Made by a program: the position numbers and the translations under genes. From the NCBI RefSeq assembly GCF_018977255.1, contig NW_024704742.1, forward strand, positions 66,466,001-66,530,000: DNA of 64,000 nucleotides. The letters run 5' to 3'. The DNA is from Callorhinchus milii (taxonomy: Eukaryota). The notes under the pieces are model-generated. The model had not been told where the DNA came from and did not search any database. It saw only the letters and a list, made by a program, of their open reading frames with translations. Below are positions 1 through 12,050 of this stretch, in pieces (position 1 is the stretch's first letter; the number at the start of each line of letters is the position of its first letter).

Positions 1-319
1 ACATGGGGACATGTATTGATCAGACCAGCTGCTGAGGGATCTTTACCACAGACATATAGATCAGCTCCCCATAAAGGCAACAAGGACAAAAGGCTCTATA
101 TGGGAAGCTTGAACAGGCATTTCTGGCCATCCTTTATATGCAGTTATGGCAAGAGGNTTTTTTGAAAATGTACAGTGACTGTAAGCTGCAGATGTTTTAA
201 ATATCTCCCATGAACAAAATGAACAGTATTCCGGCACACACATGGTGATACTTAAAACTCTCCCTTATCACTCTGCCATTTTTTTAAACATGCCTAAAAA
301 TTAGTCATGACAAGAATCC

Positions 320-485
320 TGCTTAAACCTTCCAGACGATGCATGCATGAGAGAAAATGGAACAGAGTAGGAGAAGGAAGAGGAGTGATGGAGGCTTGTA
401 TGGAGTATAAACACTGGCGCGGATTAGATGGGCTGAATGGCCTGTTTCCATACCCTATCACTCTTAAGTAATTCTGTGCAACTCT
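320..485 (+). mobile_element. CR1-type 3' terminal fragment
   Basis: gatgggctgaatggcctgtttc followed by an attctgtg/actctgtg octamer-like tail. Confidence 0.6.
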
Positions 486-670
486 GTGAGCACTATAATT
501 TTCATGGCTGATAATGATCCGTTACCATGTTCGGTGTGACATTTTTCTGAACATAGTGAGTGAGGAGGAAGTTACTGGTGTCAGACATTGTTACACTCGA
601 CTCAATCGAAAATAAAAATTAATTGTAAGAAGAAAATCGGGGCGGTAACGGGACTTTGTGAACACCCTGT
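486..670 (-). mobile_element. Third, partial copy of the Tc1/mariner derivative
   Basis: gtgagcactataattttcatggctgataatgatc is the reverse complement of ~26042-26075; ends with TIR gtaacgggactttgtgaacaccctgt. Confidence 0.7.
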
Positions 671-2019
671 GGGTCATAATAATCCTTACACTTGATATGG
701 GGGGAAGTTTGGGGTTAAGTTGGCTGCAAGGTGACGGGACTGATGATGGAAGATTGGAATGTGTCCTCTGTGGCAGTCTCCATAGTCCAATACATGAGCC
801 AGGCCCCCCTCAGGACTCCAGGCCACTACTGATGGTGGACCAGCCAGGCTGGCTCATTGGCAGGAGTTGTGCCTTCCTTGCAACAGCTCATCTGAAATTC
901 CATTTGTGTGTGTAATGGGGATGTGGAACGTGTAAATGCTTCATTTTAATCTAACCCACATTGCTCAAGAACCACCACTAATAATCAAGCCTTGAATTCT
1001 ATGTGGAAAGTGCTCTTTGTGAAGCCTGTTTTTCTTATATTAAAAGGGTGCCAGAGGCACTACTCCTAGTGTAGTGGCTGCTGCACACCTTAATCATTGT
1101 GTGTTTGGAAGTAATCTACAGGGTCTCGGCTGCTTTGTTTTTTCAGCTCACAGCCCATGCCCTTCAGGTGAAACTTTTAATTGGATCCATGGAAGGTGCT
1201 CCCCAAGGTATAAAAAGCTGAGTTCAGTCTAATCTGATGAAATATGCATTAATTATATATATTAATTATATTGATTATATACAATCATTAATTGTAGAAC
1301 TTATTCATTTGTTGAAGTTGATCGATAAGACACTGAATAACCAAGGCTGCCAAGGATAGCAGACTTAATCGGGTGTCAAAATGATCTGTTTAATCTAATG
1401 CAGCTACATCAAGATCAGTTGTGGCGCACATTCATGCCCTGCAATTGATCAAGAGCAGACCCGCCACTAAAGAGCTGACATAATGAGCTATGAAATGCTC
1501 TGTGTGCTCCCTTTTAACTACACACCCGTATGTGCAAAACAATTTTTTTTGTTATTTGCTGATTGTTTTGGCGGTAAAACACCTGGCAGTGACACTGTCA
1601 TTTTGAACTGTGTTCGAGCAAGTGAGTGCTGCATGGGTAATGGGAAGTTCCACCAAATTTGGAACCTGTGAACTGTAGTCGTTCACATCGCAGTGTCTGG
1701 CTGTTCATCCAAACACTCCCCATAGGGCCAATATAGAAATAGAAATTTTCAGCACAGGAATAGGCCTTTTGGGATAGTAAGGGGTGCTATATAAATGCAA
1801 GTTGTTGTTGTTTCGGTCCTTTGTTGGTTTTATTTGGTGTCTCTGATGCATGCGGATACCCATCGCTGTGCTTAAGAGCATCTAAACCAGATGACAAACA
1901 TTTAACAATTTATATTTATAATTTATACAACTTCTTTAACCTCATTATCTGTTTCGATCCTCAGTTGTCCTTCCTAAATCCTTGTATTTAATATTGTGCC
2001 TTTTTTTGAGGGCTCATTA

Positions 2020-2190
2020 CTCAGGAATGCGATCTACCAATCGAGTAACAACCGGTTTCCTACTTACTGCTGGGTAAACAGAGCTGTGGAGTAAGGAAAC
2101 TTGCCTAAGGTTTTGCTCTGCCTAGGAATCGTAACCGTATCCTCTCGCTTGCCAGGTGAGCACGCTAACCACTATGCTACGGGACTCCAC
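2020..2190 (-). mobile_element. SINE family B head and middle fragment
   Basis: ggtttcctacttactgctgggtaaacagag...ggagtaaggaaacttgcctaagg...ctaaccactatgctacgggactcc. Confidence 0.8.
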
Positions 2191-2629
2191 ATATAACACA
2201 CACATTCGTAAGGAGGAAGGTGACCTAAATCACAGTCAAAAAGAGAAGTTTTCAGACTGGCTTTAAAGATAGGGAGGGAACAAACAAGATGGATTAAGTT
2301 GGCTCAGATGGTAAGATGATCATCTCTGAATCTGAAGGTTCACGATCAATGGAATTTGAGCTTATGGTCTAGCCTGATAGTCCAGTCATGGGACAGCACA
2401 GTATTGTTGAAAGATGCCGTCTTTGCAACTGAGAAGTTAACCTGAGGTCCCATCTGCCTTTTCTTTAGGCATACATCCTATGTGAAGAGTTTCTCAATTT
2501 GTCCAGATCAATTAGCATGCCTGCTGCCATGTTTCCCTACATCAAGTTGTATTGCTTCACAGAAATTACCTGTGCAATGTTTTGATAGAAGGTGCAATAA
2601 AAATACAAAAACCCTTTTTATGCAAACCT

Positions 2630-2882
2630 AATGAACGACCAGTTTTACCTGGAGCATTGTTGACTAGGAGAAACTCCCTTCTCCTTTCGAAAAGTGTCAC
2701 GGGTTCTTTAACGTTTACTTGAACAGGCAGACGGGGCTAACGTCTGATCCAAAGGAAGCCATCGCTCTCCCAGCATTGCACTGGCGTGTCAGCCGGGGCC
2801 ATGTGAGGTCTAAATCATGACGCGGTGCTTGAACCCATTCCAACTCTGAGGCGAGACTCCGACCAACTAGACAGGTTGACAC
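2630..2882 (-). mobile_element. SINE family A, 5' half (an older + strand copy lies at ~2297-2610)
   Basis: ttgaacaggcagacgggg...cactggcgtgtcagcc...ttgaaccca...ggttgacac. Confidence 0.7.
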
Positions 2883-3702
2883 TATTCCTAAAATCAGTCA
2901 CCAATCAGCTATGAACTGAAGCTTGGTCCTTGATATAGATGTTGAGCACTGACGTCTGATGATTGAGCACTGATTTGCCATCAGACATTGCTTTGTTCTA
3001 GCCATGGCTTGGTTTGAGAGCACAGAATGAATTTGTTCCCAACAACCTCCTACTTAGTAGGGCTGCAAAAACTACAAAACACAAATGGAAAAGGCAACCT
3101 GTGCACTGCTCGTATTTGGTTGGAAACTGTTCATAGGGAAAAATAACAGTTAGGCCCTTAGGAAGCCATATGGGTTAACAGTTTGACTTTGACCACATCA
3201 GTTTGCATTGTATGTGGACTGGAGTAAACTCGTGGGAATAATAAACCTTGGGAAAGCCAGTGTAGAATGCTGAATATTTAAAATAAATCCAGTGAGGCAA
3301 AAATTATGCTGCTCTAGGGAGGCAGCAAGTGAAATTAGACAAAGTTTCTGAAAAAAGATTACAAGCCCCAAGTGAGCTGAGAAATAAAGACCGGCTTTGA
3401 TCCCCAATTGCCTTTTAGAATGCAATAAATGCATTAGCAGCAGTTACCTGCCACGTTGTTTCCATGCTAATCCAGAGAGTTACAAGTCCATGTTTAAACA
3501 ATAGGCAACTTCAAACCCGTCTGGAACCACTGCATCCTTCTCTCTTCTGGATACACCTCTGCGGCTCTGAAAGGCACTTTCTTAAAACCCCTGTCCAAGG
3601 GTCCTCGCTTCGTCTCCTCACTGGCTTCTTCTCCTGCCCCCTCATGTCACATAAATTGTTCTTCAGTGCTTTGTCCTTTCTTTTTCCTAATCTACATACA
3701 CA

Positions 3703-4095
3703 TAATAATAATCCTTGCATTTGATATCGTGCCTTATGTTGTTGTGACTTCTCAAAGTGCTTTACAGAATATATTGTAAAGTGAATTGACTATTCTGTGG
3801 GTGAAATTGCGCACAGCAGTGTTCCACAAACAGTCATGGATCGAGTTACTATTATTATTATTTATTTTTTGAAGGGATTATTACAGCAACAACAACTTGC
3901 ATTTATATAGCGCCCTTCATGTGGGTTAGCATCCTGGAGCGCTTACCCCCCGCAATGCGATCAGCCAATCGACTTAACAACTGGGTTCCTATTTACTGCA
4001 AGGTAAACAGAGGCATCTGGAGTGAGGAAACTTGCCTCACGTTTTGCCCTGCCTGGGAAACAAACCCGGGTCCTCTCACTTGCAAGGCGAGTGCC
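3703..4095 (-). mobile_element. SINE family B, long form, interrupted by a short L2-tail insertion (~3885-3945)
   Basis: Tail half at 3703-3880 and head half at ~3950-4095 flank caacaacaacttgcatttatatagcgcc. Confidence 0.75.
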
Positions 4096-4269
4096 CTAAT
4101 CAGTACACTGCAGGTACTTCATCTGCAAATTAGGGTTGGGTAATAATGCTGACACTTCAACATGTATATAGGTGGCACTTCCTCTCACTTTCTACATATA
4201 TGCAAGAAAGGAGCAAGAATTATTTTTACAAAAATTATAATAAACAAGCTTTAACGTCTTGAAAATGTT

Positions 4270-4535
4270 GAAACCTTAGGCAAGTCTCCTTACTCCACAC
4301 ACCTCTGTCTACCTAGCAGTAAGTAGGAACCCAGTTGTTAGTTGATTGGTGGATTGCTTTCCGGGTGTAATTTCTCAAAAAAATCCACGGCTGTTTGTGG
4401 GACACTGCTGTCCGCAATTGGCTACCACGTTTCACCCACAAAATACAATCAATCCACTTTACACGCATTCTGTGAAGCACTTTGAGACGTCTCAACGACG
4501 TGATAAGGCTCTATATCAAATGCAAGGATTGTTAT
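4270..4535 (+). mobile_element. SINE family B, long form, head-truncated
   Basis: gaaaccttaggcaagtctccttactccacacacctctgtctacctagcagtaagtaggaaccc through aaatgcaaggattgtt. Confidence 0.85.
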
Positions 4536-4832
4536 CTTTCTCTTTTTAAAAAAAAACATTTGCGCTTTCATTGTGGCTTTGACCAAATCTATCGCTTAAA
4601 ATGCTTTCCCTTTGCACTTTCCAGCTGAATCCTCTTTCAAAAACTTTGTAAATCCTGTTTCTTAAAGGCTTGGGTTTCTGTGGTGCTACATTCAATACAT
4701 AGCCTTGCACGCCAACATCCTGATTCTATACTATTCCAGCTGTTTTAATGGATGAAAGTGATTCATGGCAAAACATTTTTGGAAAAGTGTCAAGTGTCTG
4801 AACACCAAATTGCTGAACTTTCCATGATTATG

Positions 4833-5168
4833 TGGAGTCCTGCAGCATATTGGTTAGAGCACTCGCCTCGCAAATGAGCAGACCCAGGTTCGATTTCCGG
4901 AGAGGGTGAAACCTTAGGCAAGGTTCCTTGCACCACACTCCTCTGTTTACCTCTCTTTCTGGTTGTTAATCAATTGGTGGATTGTTTCTGGGGGTGTTAA
5001 TAATCCTATCCATAAAAAAAATTATTTGGTCACTCAATCCACAGCTGTTTGTGGGATACTGCTGTGCATAATTTGCTGATCCCACAAAATATACAATCAT
5101 TTCACTTCCCAGCAAATATTCAATGACATGATAAGGTGTTATGTCAAATGCAAGGATTATTATTATTT
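4833..5168 (+). mobile_element. SINE family B, long form
   Basis: tggagtcctgcagcatattggttagagcactcgcc head, ctctgtttacct middle, (att)n tail. Confidence 0.85.
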
Positions 5169-7566
5169 TACTTACAGCCTCTTATTGGAGATTGTTCTGT
5201 CCACCTTTCACATCAAATGGACGTCTGGTCAAGCTTTGCAAAATTGATTAGAAATGAAAATGAATGCTGTAGGGAGACAAGCGCGGCAGCTCATCTGCAC
5301 TGAAAGTTCCACAGACAACAAATGAAATTAGATCTGAAGAAGAAAGAAAGCAAAACTAGGACAAAAGATGTACTATTTATTTATGATTAATAAAGTCACC
5401 AAAGCATATGTAGCCTCTGATCCCAGCCCAGGGTGGACAGTGCTCCCGCATTCCATGTTTCTTCACATTACCAGATTCTACACGTGGGTGCTGGGGACTG
5501 ATTTAGGAGTGCTTCCCCATTCCCTTCCCTGCGGACGTTCATATGCACCTGCAATATATTCACATGTACTTAAACACACATCTATGCACATGCTCAGTAA
5601 GTATTGACATGAATTGTACTGGCACTAATTGTACTGATACTTTTAGTGTTCATGTCTATTATAATAATCAATCCTTGCATTTTATATTGCACCAAATCAC
5701 ATTGTGGAAATGTCTCAGAAGTTCTTCAAAGGATTTATTATACAGTGTGACTATGTATTTGTAGTTGAGCATGGCAGGCAATTCACACACAAAGTGAATG
5801 ACTGATTTTATCTGTGGGCTTCTTGGCCAGGACACCAAGAGAAACTTGCTTTTTTTGAAGAGTACTGTGGGATCTTTAACTTTGTGAACAACTTGTACAA
5901 AGACAGACTAAATTCTATGAAGACCTGAGCTGTGGTGGAATTAACAGTTGTCATAACTAATATCTATTGAGCCTTTTGAGATCATTGTCTGAGAGTTTAC
6001 ATTTTTTTAACTTGATGTTTAATGGTGTGGCACCAAAAGTGGTTTCCAATATTCAACCACTTTTTTTTAAAACACGATATGAGCTATAAAGTGAGCAGTG
6101 GAAAGATTTTTTTTATTAATGCCTTTTTGGGTTTGGTTCAGGCACGACACCTACACCTGTCCTTTCATCAAAGTTGCCTCTCCGCAGCACTCAGGTTTGC
6201 GTTTCAGAGTCTTGTTTCATCACAGTTTCAGCTGGATGTTGGCTCAGCAAAACCTTCATTGAGCAAGCAGCGCTAAAGGGCTTTGCCACAGTTGTAAATA
6301 AGCAAAGGTCTTGACCGCTTTTCCGCATTCTAAGCTTTGTGGTGGGGAGGGAGGAAGCGGGAGTTGCTGAAGGAACTTCCCATCCACCTGCACCTGTCCT
6401 GCTCTCCTACAATCCAAAGGAACTTCACCACACACTTAGCATTTTGAAGCCTCGATACAAAGAGGGGCTAATATTTTCCCTAGCTCGATGAACCAAGCAC
6501 TCTTGTTGTGTTTTATTGAATTCTGAAGCTCTACAAATCTCCCCACAATATTAGTGCTTTGTAAATTATATAAAACTGCAGTAGTGCAGCGTTTGATTTG
6601 AGACAAAATTGGAAGACATTTTTAATTTCATTTTGTAAATGATGGTAATTTGTTGTTTTTTTTCCCTTCACTCATAAATACCCTGTTCCTCCTTAATTTC
6701 TGGAAAAGTTCACTGTTTTTTCTCTTTCCCTTGAGGTCTGATTTTCACAATGAGCCAGAGCCAGGCATGGCCTGGGGCTGGGAGGAGGGGTGCGTAGCTC
6801 TACGAGGGTTCCATAGACATTCCCTTCAATTTTAAATTAATTTTCTCCCTGAACTAGTTTTCACCAGTCAAGATTGGCAGCTTGCAATGTATTGTGACAA
6901 TGGACATTACACCCAGTCTCCCTGCCTACCGCACCCCATATTACTCTGCGGAGCCAGTCTCCCTGCCCTGGTTCCTGCACCATTTTCTCTGGGACTTTGG
7001 CATTATATTCCATCTCTCTGAGCCATCCCTTGGGACTACAAGGCCTACTCCCTCCACGGGTGCCCAGAGTTCTGAACCATGCCCTGGGCCTCATCAATTC
7101 ACTGCCACCCTCCCTCCTCAGCTGAATTTATTACTTGGCATTCCATCCCACCTGCCCGCTTGGCACAGCTCAGCTGGTAACTCGCCACATGGGAATTCCA
7201 GGCAAAACCGTGTCCTACTGTTTTAAAGTCCCCTTTTTCATATGTAAAAGTGAGCAGTTTTTCCTTGGCTGCACACAGGAGCTTCCCAGGTTGAGAATCT
7301 GGCAATGGGCATTCTTCAGCTCAGTGCCAGCAAGTTACATTAGGGATGTTATCAAATGCAGTTTGTCCCACTGTGCAGGTTTAATTCTTGTGTTGAGTGG
7401 TGTTTGCTGCTACCACAAGCAATGGCTATTCCTGTGGTTTGTTTAGCCAAACTGAGTGCTTAATACCCCATTGTGTCAGCCTGGCTCACATGGTGTCACT
7501 TGTATCTCTGGGTCAGAAGCTTTTGGGTTCAAGCTCCACATACATCATCACAAATATAGCCTAGGC

Positions 7567-7769
7567 CAGGGTGATCCAACCTTTTGGCTACTGTGGCTGG
7601 ATGCCCTATTTGAGAAACGTCTGTGGGCCACATAAGCAATGTTTATGTTATACCTTCCAGAAACATAACATTTACTGGTTATGGAGAGAGTGGATGAACC
7701 AGATGAAATGGGGGGTCAGGGGGTGGGGGGTGCAGATTTGGCCCTTGGGCCGCCAGGTGGATCACACTG
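7567..7769. mobile_element. hAT (Charlie-like) MITE
   Basis: 14-bp TIRs CAGGGTGATCCAAC and (reverse complement) CAGTGTGATCCACC match at 12/14. 8-bp TSD GCCTAGGC (7559-7566) / GTCTAGGC (7770-7777). Inserted in a family A SINE head starting at ~7473. Confidence 0.85.
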
Positions 7770-8011
7770 GTCTAGGCTGAAGAAAACACCAGCCAGTGTC
7801 ATGTCCCCACCCCACCATCAATGACTGAGCTTTCCTCCATTCTGCCCCCTGCTCTGCTCTCTGGAACTCCATCCTTGCCCCCTACTTTTGACACCACCTT
7901 AACATATCTTAACTATGCTTTTGCCCCCTCCTCCAAAACCACCGTGTGAGCTTCCAATCAGCTGTGCTAAATGCTTTGAGTGTACCTCCTGACATGGAAA
8001 GGTTCTACATG

Positions 8012-8306
8012 TACAAAGGGTCCAAAACGACATGTTACTCCTTTTTTTCTACAGTGCACTGACCAACAAATGTGGAAAAATTATGATAATGTATTTAGAA
8101 GCAAGTAATTGTATTCAGTACAAGCTTTTTAACTGTATTTAGATGTTCAGAGGGTCAGTGTGAGCGCCATCATTTTCAGTGTGACATCTTCTGTAACATG
8201 ATGGAGTGATGAGGAGAAATCTATCTCTGACAGCTTGTTTCAGCTTGTCTGTAGTCTCATACTGCTGTTTTGTAACGGCGTAACAGGACTTTGTGGACAC
8301 CCTGTA
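8012..8306 (-). mobile_element. Non-autonomous Tc1/mariner derivative, both ends present
   Basis: TA-flanked ~25-bp TIRs (tacaaagggtccaaaacgacatgttac, degenerate, versus gtaacaggactttgtggacaccctgta). The minus strand encodes a transposase C-terminus-like peptide YETTDKLKQAVRDRF..IT...C..ENDGAH. Confidence 0.8.
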
Positions 8307-9019
8307 AATAAGCATAAATTGTTGACGCTCCACTTGGGAAGGCACTATGAAGTGCTATCTTCAGATGAGCCTTAAAATCGGGGCCCTATCTGACTGTTCA
8401 GTTTAAATATCCCACGTCACTGTATGAAAAGAGGAAGGAAGTCCAGGTCTGTAATCCTCCAGATAAATCGGTCATTCACTGGCTGTGTGTGAGATATTGT
8501 TATGTGCAAAACGACTGCTGCATTAGTCTAAAAATAGTTGTCACACTTGGACATGATTACTGTGAAGTGCTTTTGAGGCTTTTCAACATTATAAATATAA
8601 AAAATAAGTATGAAAGTTTTGAGTTCCAAAGAGAGACCACCTTTCGGGAGCTGCTCAGCAGAAATGATTTACACGACAACTTTAGTTATTAGTCATCTGC
8701 CTTTTAAAATAGTTTGATGATGCTCTTGATCTGCGCAGAGTGAGTTATGAAGCAAAGCGAGTGTTAATGTGTTCTAGGGTTTCAAATTAAACTATAAAAA
8801 GCCTGGATGGCCTGTGCAAGTTTGTATGGAAGAAGAGGGATAAATTGTACCATGCGAAAGCCATCACCTCAGATGAACTGTTGACTGGCTCCTATCTAGT
8901 GCTGTCATTTAATGTTTATTTGAGAGGGGATCCATCACGGCTTAATGAATAGTTGGTAAACTGCATAATTTAGAAATTTTTTGAAAAGGTAAAAAATGTG
9001 ATTTGCCTTTTGTGTATAC

Positions 9020-9270
9020 TAATAATCCTTACATTTGATATAGTGCCTCATCACATCGGTGACGAGGCACTATATCAAATGTATTCTCAAAGCGCTTCAC
9101 TGTAAAGTCAATTGACTGTATATTTTGTGGGCAAAACGCTGCAGCCAATTGCGCACAGTGGTGTCCCACAAACAGTCGTGGATTGAGTGACCAATTTTAT
9201 TTATTTATTTTTGGGGGGACTATTACCTCCGGAAAGTGATCCATTAACAATCAGGTTCCTACTCACTGAA
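9020..9270 (-). mobile_element. SINE family B, 5'-truncated
   Basis: taataatccttacatttgatatagtgcc...gtcccacaaacagtcgtggattgagtgacc. Confidence 0.8.
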
Positions 9271-11819
9271 AAAAATTAAATTGATCCTTTCAGAACTCAC
9301 TGGACGTTTTCTGTGCCCTTTTTCTCGCAAAGAGCTGAATCGTTTTAAATGTGTGAGTTTTGAGTTTTCTTTCTTACCTTCCCTCTCTCTGCCCGATCGT
9401 CCAGCACAGGATATCTGGTGTCAAAATACAGAGGTGTGATCATGTTTGCGTGGCAGATCATATCTGGAGAAACTGAGGGGTTGTAAACCTGACCTTGTGG
9501 CTTTATTGTAAATGCAGGATCTTGAACTGTCTTGCCCAACATTTTTAAATATGTTGCTCAGATTATATTGCCATCCCCCTCCCCACACACGCGCATGTTT
9601 AAGATGTTCACTTGACGTTGTGGCAGAGTAGATGGAAAACTGAGCTCAGCTTCTGCACAAACAAGCTGCAGTTGGATATTGTGTATATTTCCCTTCGCTC
9701 GACTGCCCTTTTAATAGAGCAGAGAAATGGATGTTAGAGAGTAGCTGCAGTGGAGCTAGAACTGGCCACAATGATACCGGTGGCCACGTTTTATGTGACT
9801 CTTAGAATCTTATAATTAATAATCCTTGCATTTGATACATCGTCTTTCAGGTTATATGATAATTAATAATAATAATCCTAGCATTTGATATAGAGCCTTA
9901 TCACATTATTGAGACGGCTCAAAGCACTTCACAGAATATATTTTAAAGTGGATTGAATGTATTTTGTGGGCAAAACACGGTAGCCAATTTCAACAGCAGT
10001 GTCCCACAAACAATCGTGAGCCGCCAAATCTTATCACACTCCATGTAATTTAATATTCTTCTTTCAAGCATCTTAAATAAAATAATTCTTATATTTAAGT
10101 AACAACAATATATTGGGAGAACAGAGGACACGAGAGGCAAGCAGGACTGCAAAAAGTGACTGACAGAATATATTTTAAAGACAGCAATTACCTGTGAGGC
10201 AGTTTTTAGACATTGCCATGTGATAAAGTGTTATTTCAAACACAACATTTGTAATTTTATTATTAACTGCATCAACAAACTTGTATTTGGAACCACTGCA
10301 GATCTGAGAGTGAAGACTGCATGAAGAAGAGCTGGTCTCTGTTTATTGCTGTCTCTAAGCCGTGGCACTGCATTTCTGTGGCTAACTTTGTTTGTGGTTT
10401 TTAAGGATTACTAACATGAGACCATCACCAGCAGCTAAATGCAGAGCAAATCAAAATAGCTGACCTCGAAGTTCAATCGAGTCTGAGGGGCAGTCAAGTC
10501 TCTAATGCTGTCGTCTTTGGTCGAGGGGATCCTATATTCAGGGAACAAATTGCAAGAAATCCTTTCCCCAGAACTTTTAACTGAAACCTTTCATTGCGGT
10601 TTCTCCTCACGACACAGTAAATGCAAAACGTCTTTTGAGTCACTTAACTTCCTTTTACGTTTTTTTTTAAAAACTTGCATTTGATACAGGGACTTCCTGG
10701 GTTGCAAGATTTCAAAGGCTTAACACAATTAGTGCGATACTTTGCAGTTTTTTCTTGGGAGTAGCTGTAGTCTAGAGTCTAGAGTTCACGTTTGGAAAAA
10801 AAACTATACCCCAATCTGTGGAGTGAACGGGCATCAGGGACTTCTCTATATAGAATGGTCTTGTTTTGACTCTGTGCTTTAGGTCTATAAAATTAGACCC
10901 CACATTATAATGTGTCTGTGGAAATAAATGGCTGCCGGTTCTGCTCCTCGGGTGATTAGGCTGCTGCTGAAGTCATTTCTGGCACAGAATGGCCAGCTCC
11001 TGCACATCTGTGCAAGAAACCGAACACTCAGCCAGCTTGGAAAAGCTAGAAATATCTACAAGAGCAGTCACAGCTGAGCCAAGTCCGGGCAAATGTACCA
11101 CCTTTCCATAGTCGCAGTCCACAGGATAAATTGTTATAACACACAAGGCACTTTATGAATGGATCACCCTGTATGATGTTAGATTAGCTTTTTAACTGTC
11201 TGCCACCTGAGCTGATGGGGCTCGAGTTACCTGACTTGTTGGCTACACTTAGGGTTATGTAAACTGCTTTACCTCAACTGGTGGGGTTTCATGCTGTTGA
11301 GAAATGCCCCGTTTCTCGACCCTTGAGATCCGTTAAGAAACATTTGGGAAATTGACTTAATGCAGGGAATTTCATATTACATCAACCTGCCAATTGGTAG
11401 CTTGTATTTCAAGCACTGGATTAAATGCTGACAATAGCTGTTCTAACTACAGTATCATGGCATTCTTTATCACCTTACTAAATCATATCCATACTATAGT
11501 TCTATAATTTTGATGATTCAAACACTACAGGAATCTGCTCTCAACTTTTGATGTAGTTGTTGGCTCTTTCCCAAGACCTACAGTGAAAAATCATGTCCTT
11601 TTACTTTGGGCCGATTGAGTTGAGGGTGGTAATATGAGACATATTGCATAGGCCTTTCCCTTAATGATTCAAGTCATATTGACGTAATGCTGCTTAGATG
11701 GAATTCTTGTTGTTGAACCAATTTTTAATTTGATTCATGTAGTTGGTTTAATCTGTTTTGAGTTATATAATGAGAATTTAGTTGATGACAAATAATAAAT
11801 ACAGCCCGTTGCAAGATTT

Positions 11820-12050
11820 TGATCAGCCGTGTGTCTGACATCTGGTGAGACCCATCACCATGCTTAAGAGTATCCAAACCAACTGAGTTCCACGAATCCC
11901 AACCGTTCATGAAAATTTCAGATATTTTTATTGGAATGGAATACGCACTCTCCCTGGAGGGACGCATCCCGTTCATCTAGTTCCAGAAAATATTAGGTGC
12001 AGGTTGACAAGAGCTAGACTTGGGGACCCCTGAGTGTGCGTTGGAGTCTT
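11820..12050. repeat. Unassigned dispersed repeat, copy 1 (others at ~36538-36695 inverted, ~43700-43855, ~56108-56312, ~59642-59848 inverted)
   Basis: Shared blocks ccatcaccatgcttaa-agtatccaaacc, ttggaatggaat and ctctccctggagggac. Confidence 0.75.

Noticed and set aside
157..157. Single N bases at 157 and 23490
   Set aside because: Ambiguous base calls next to homopolymers; technical rather than biological, though they warn of imperfect local assembly quality.
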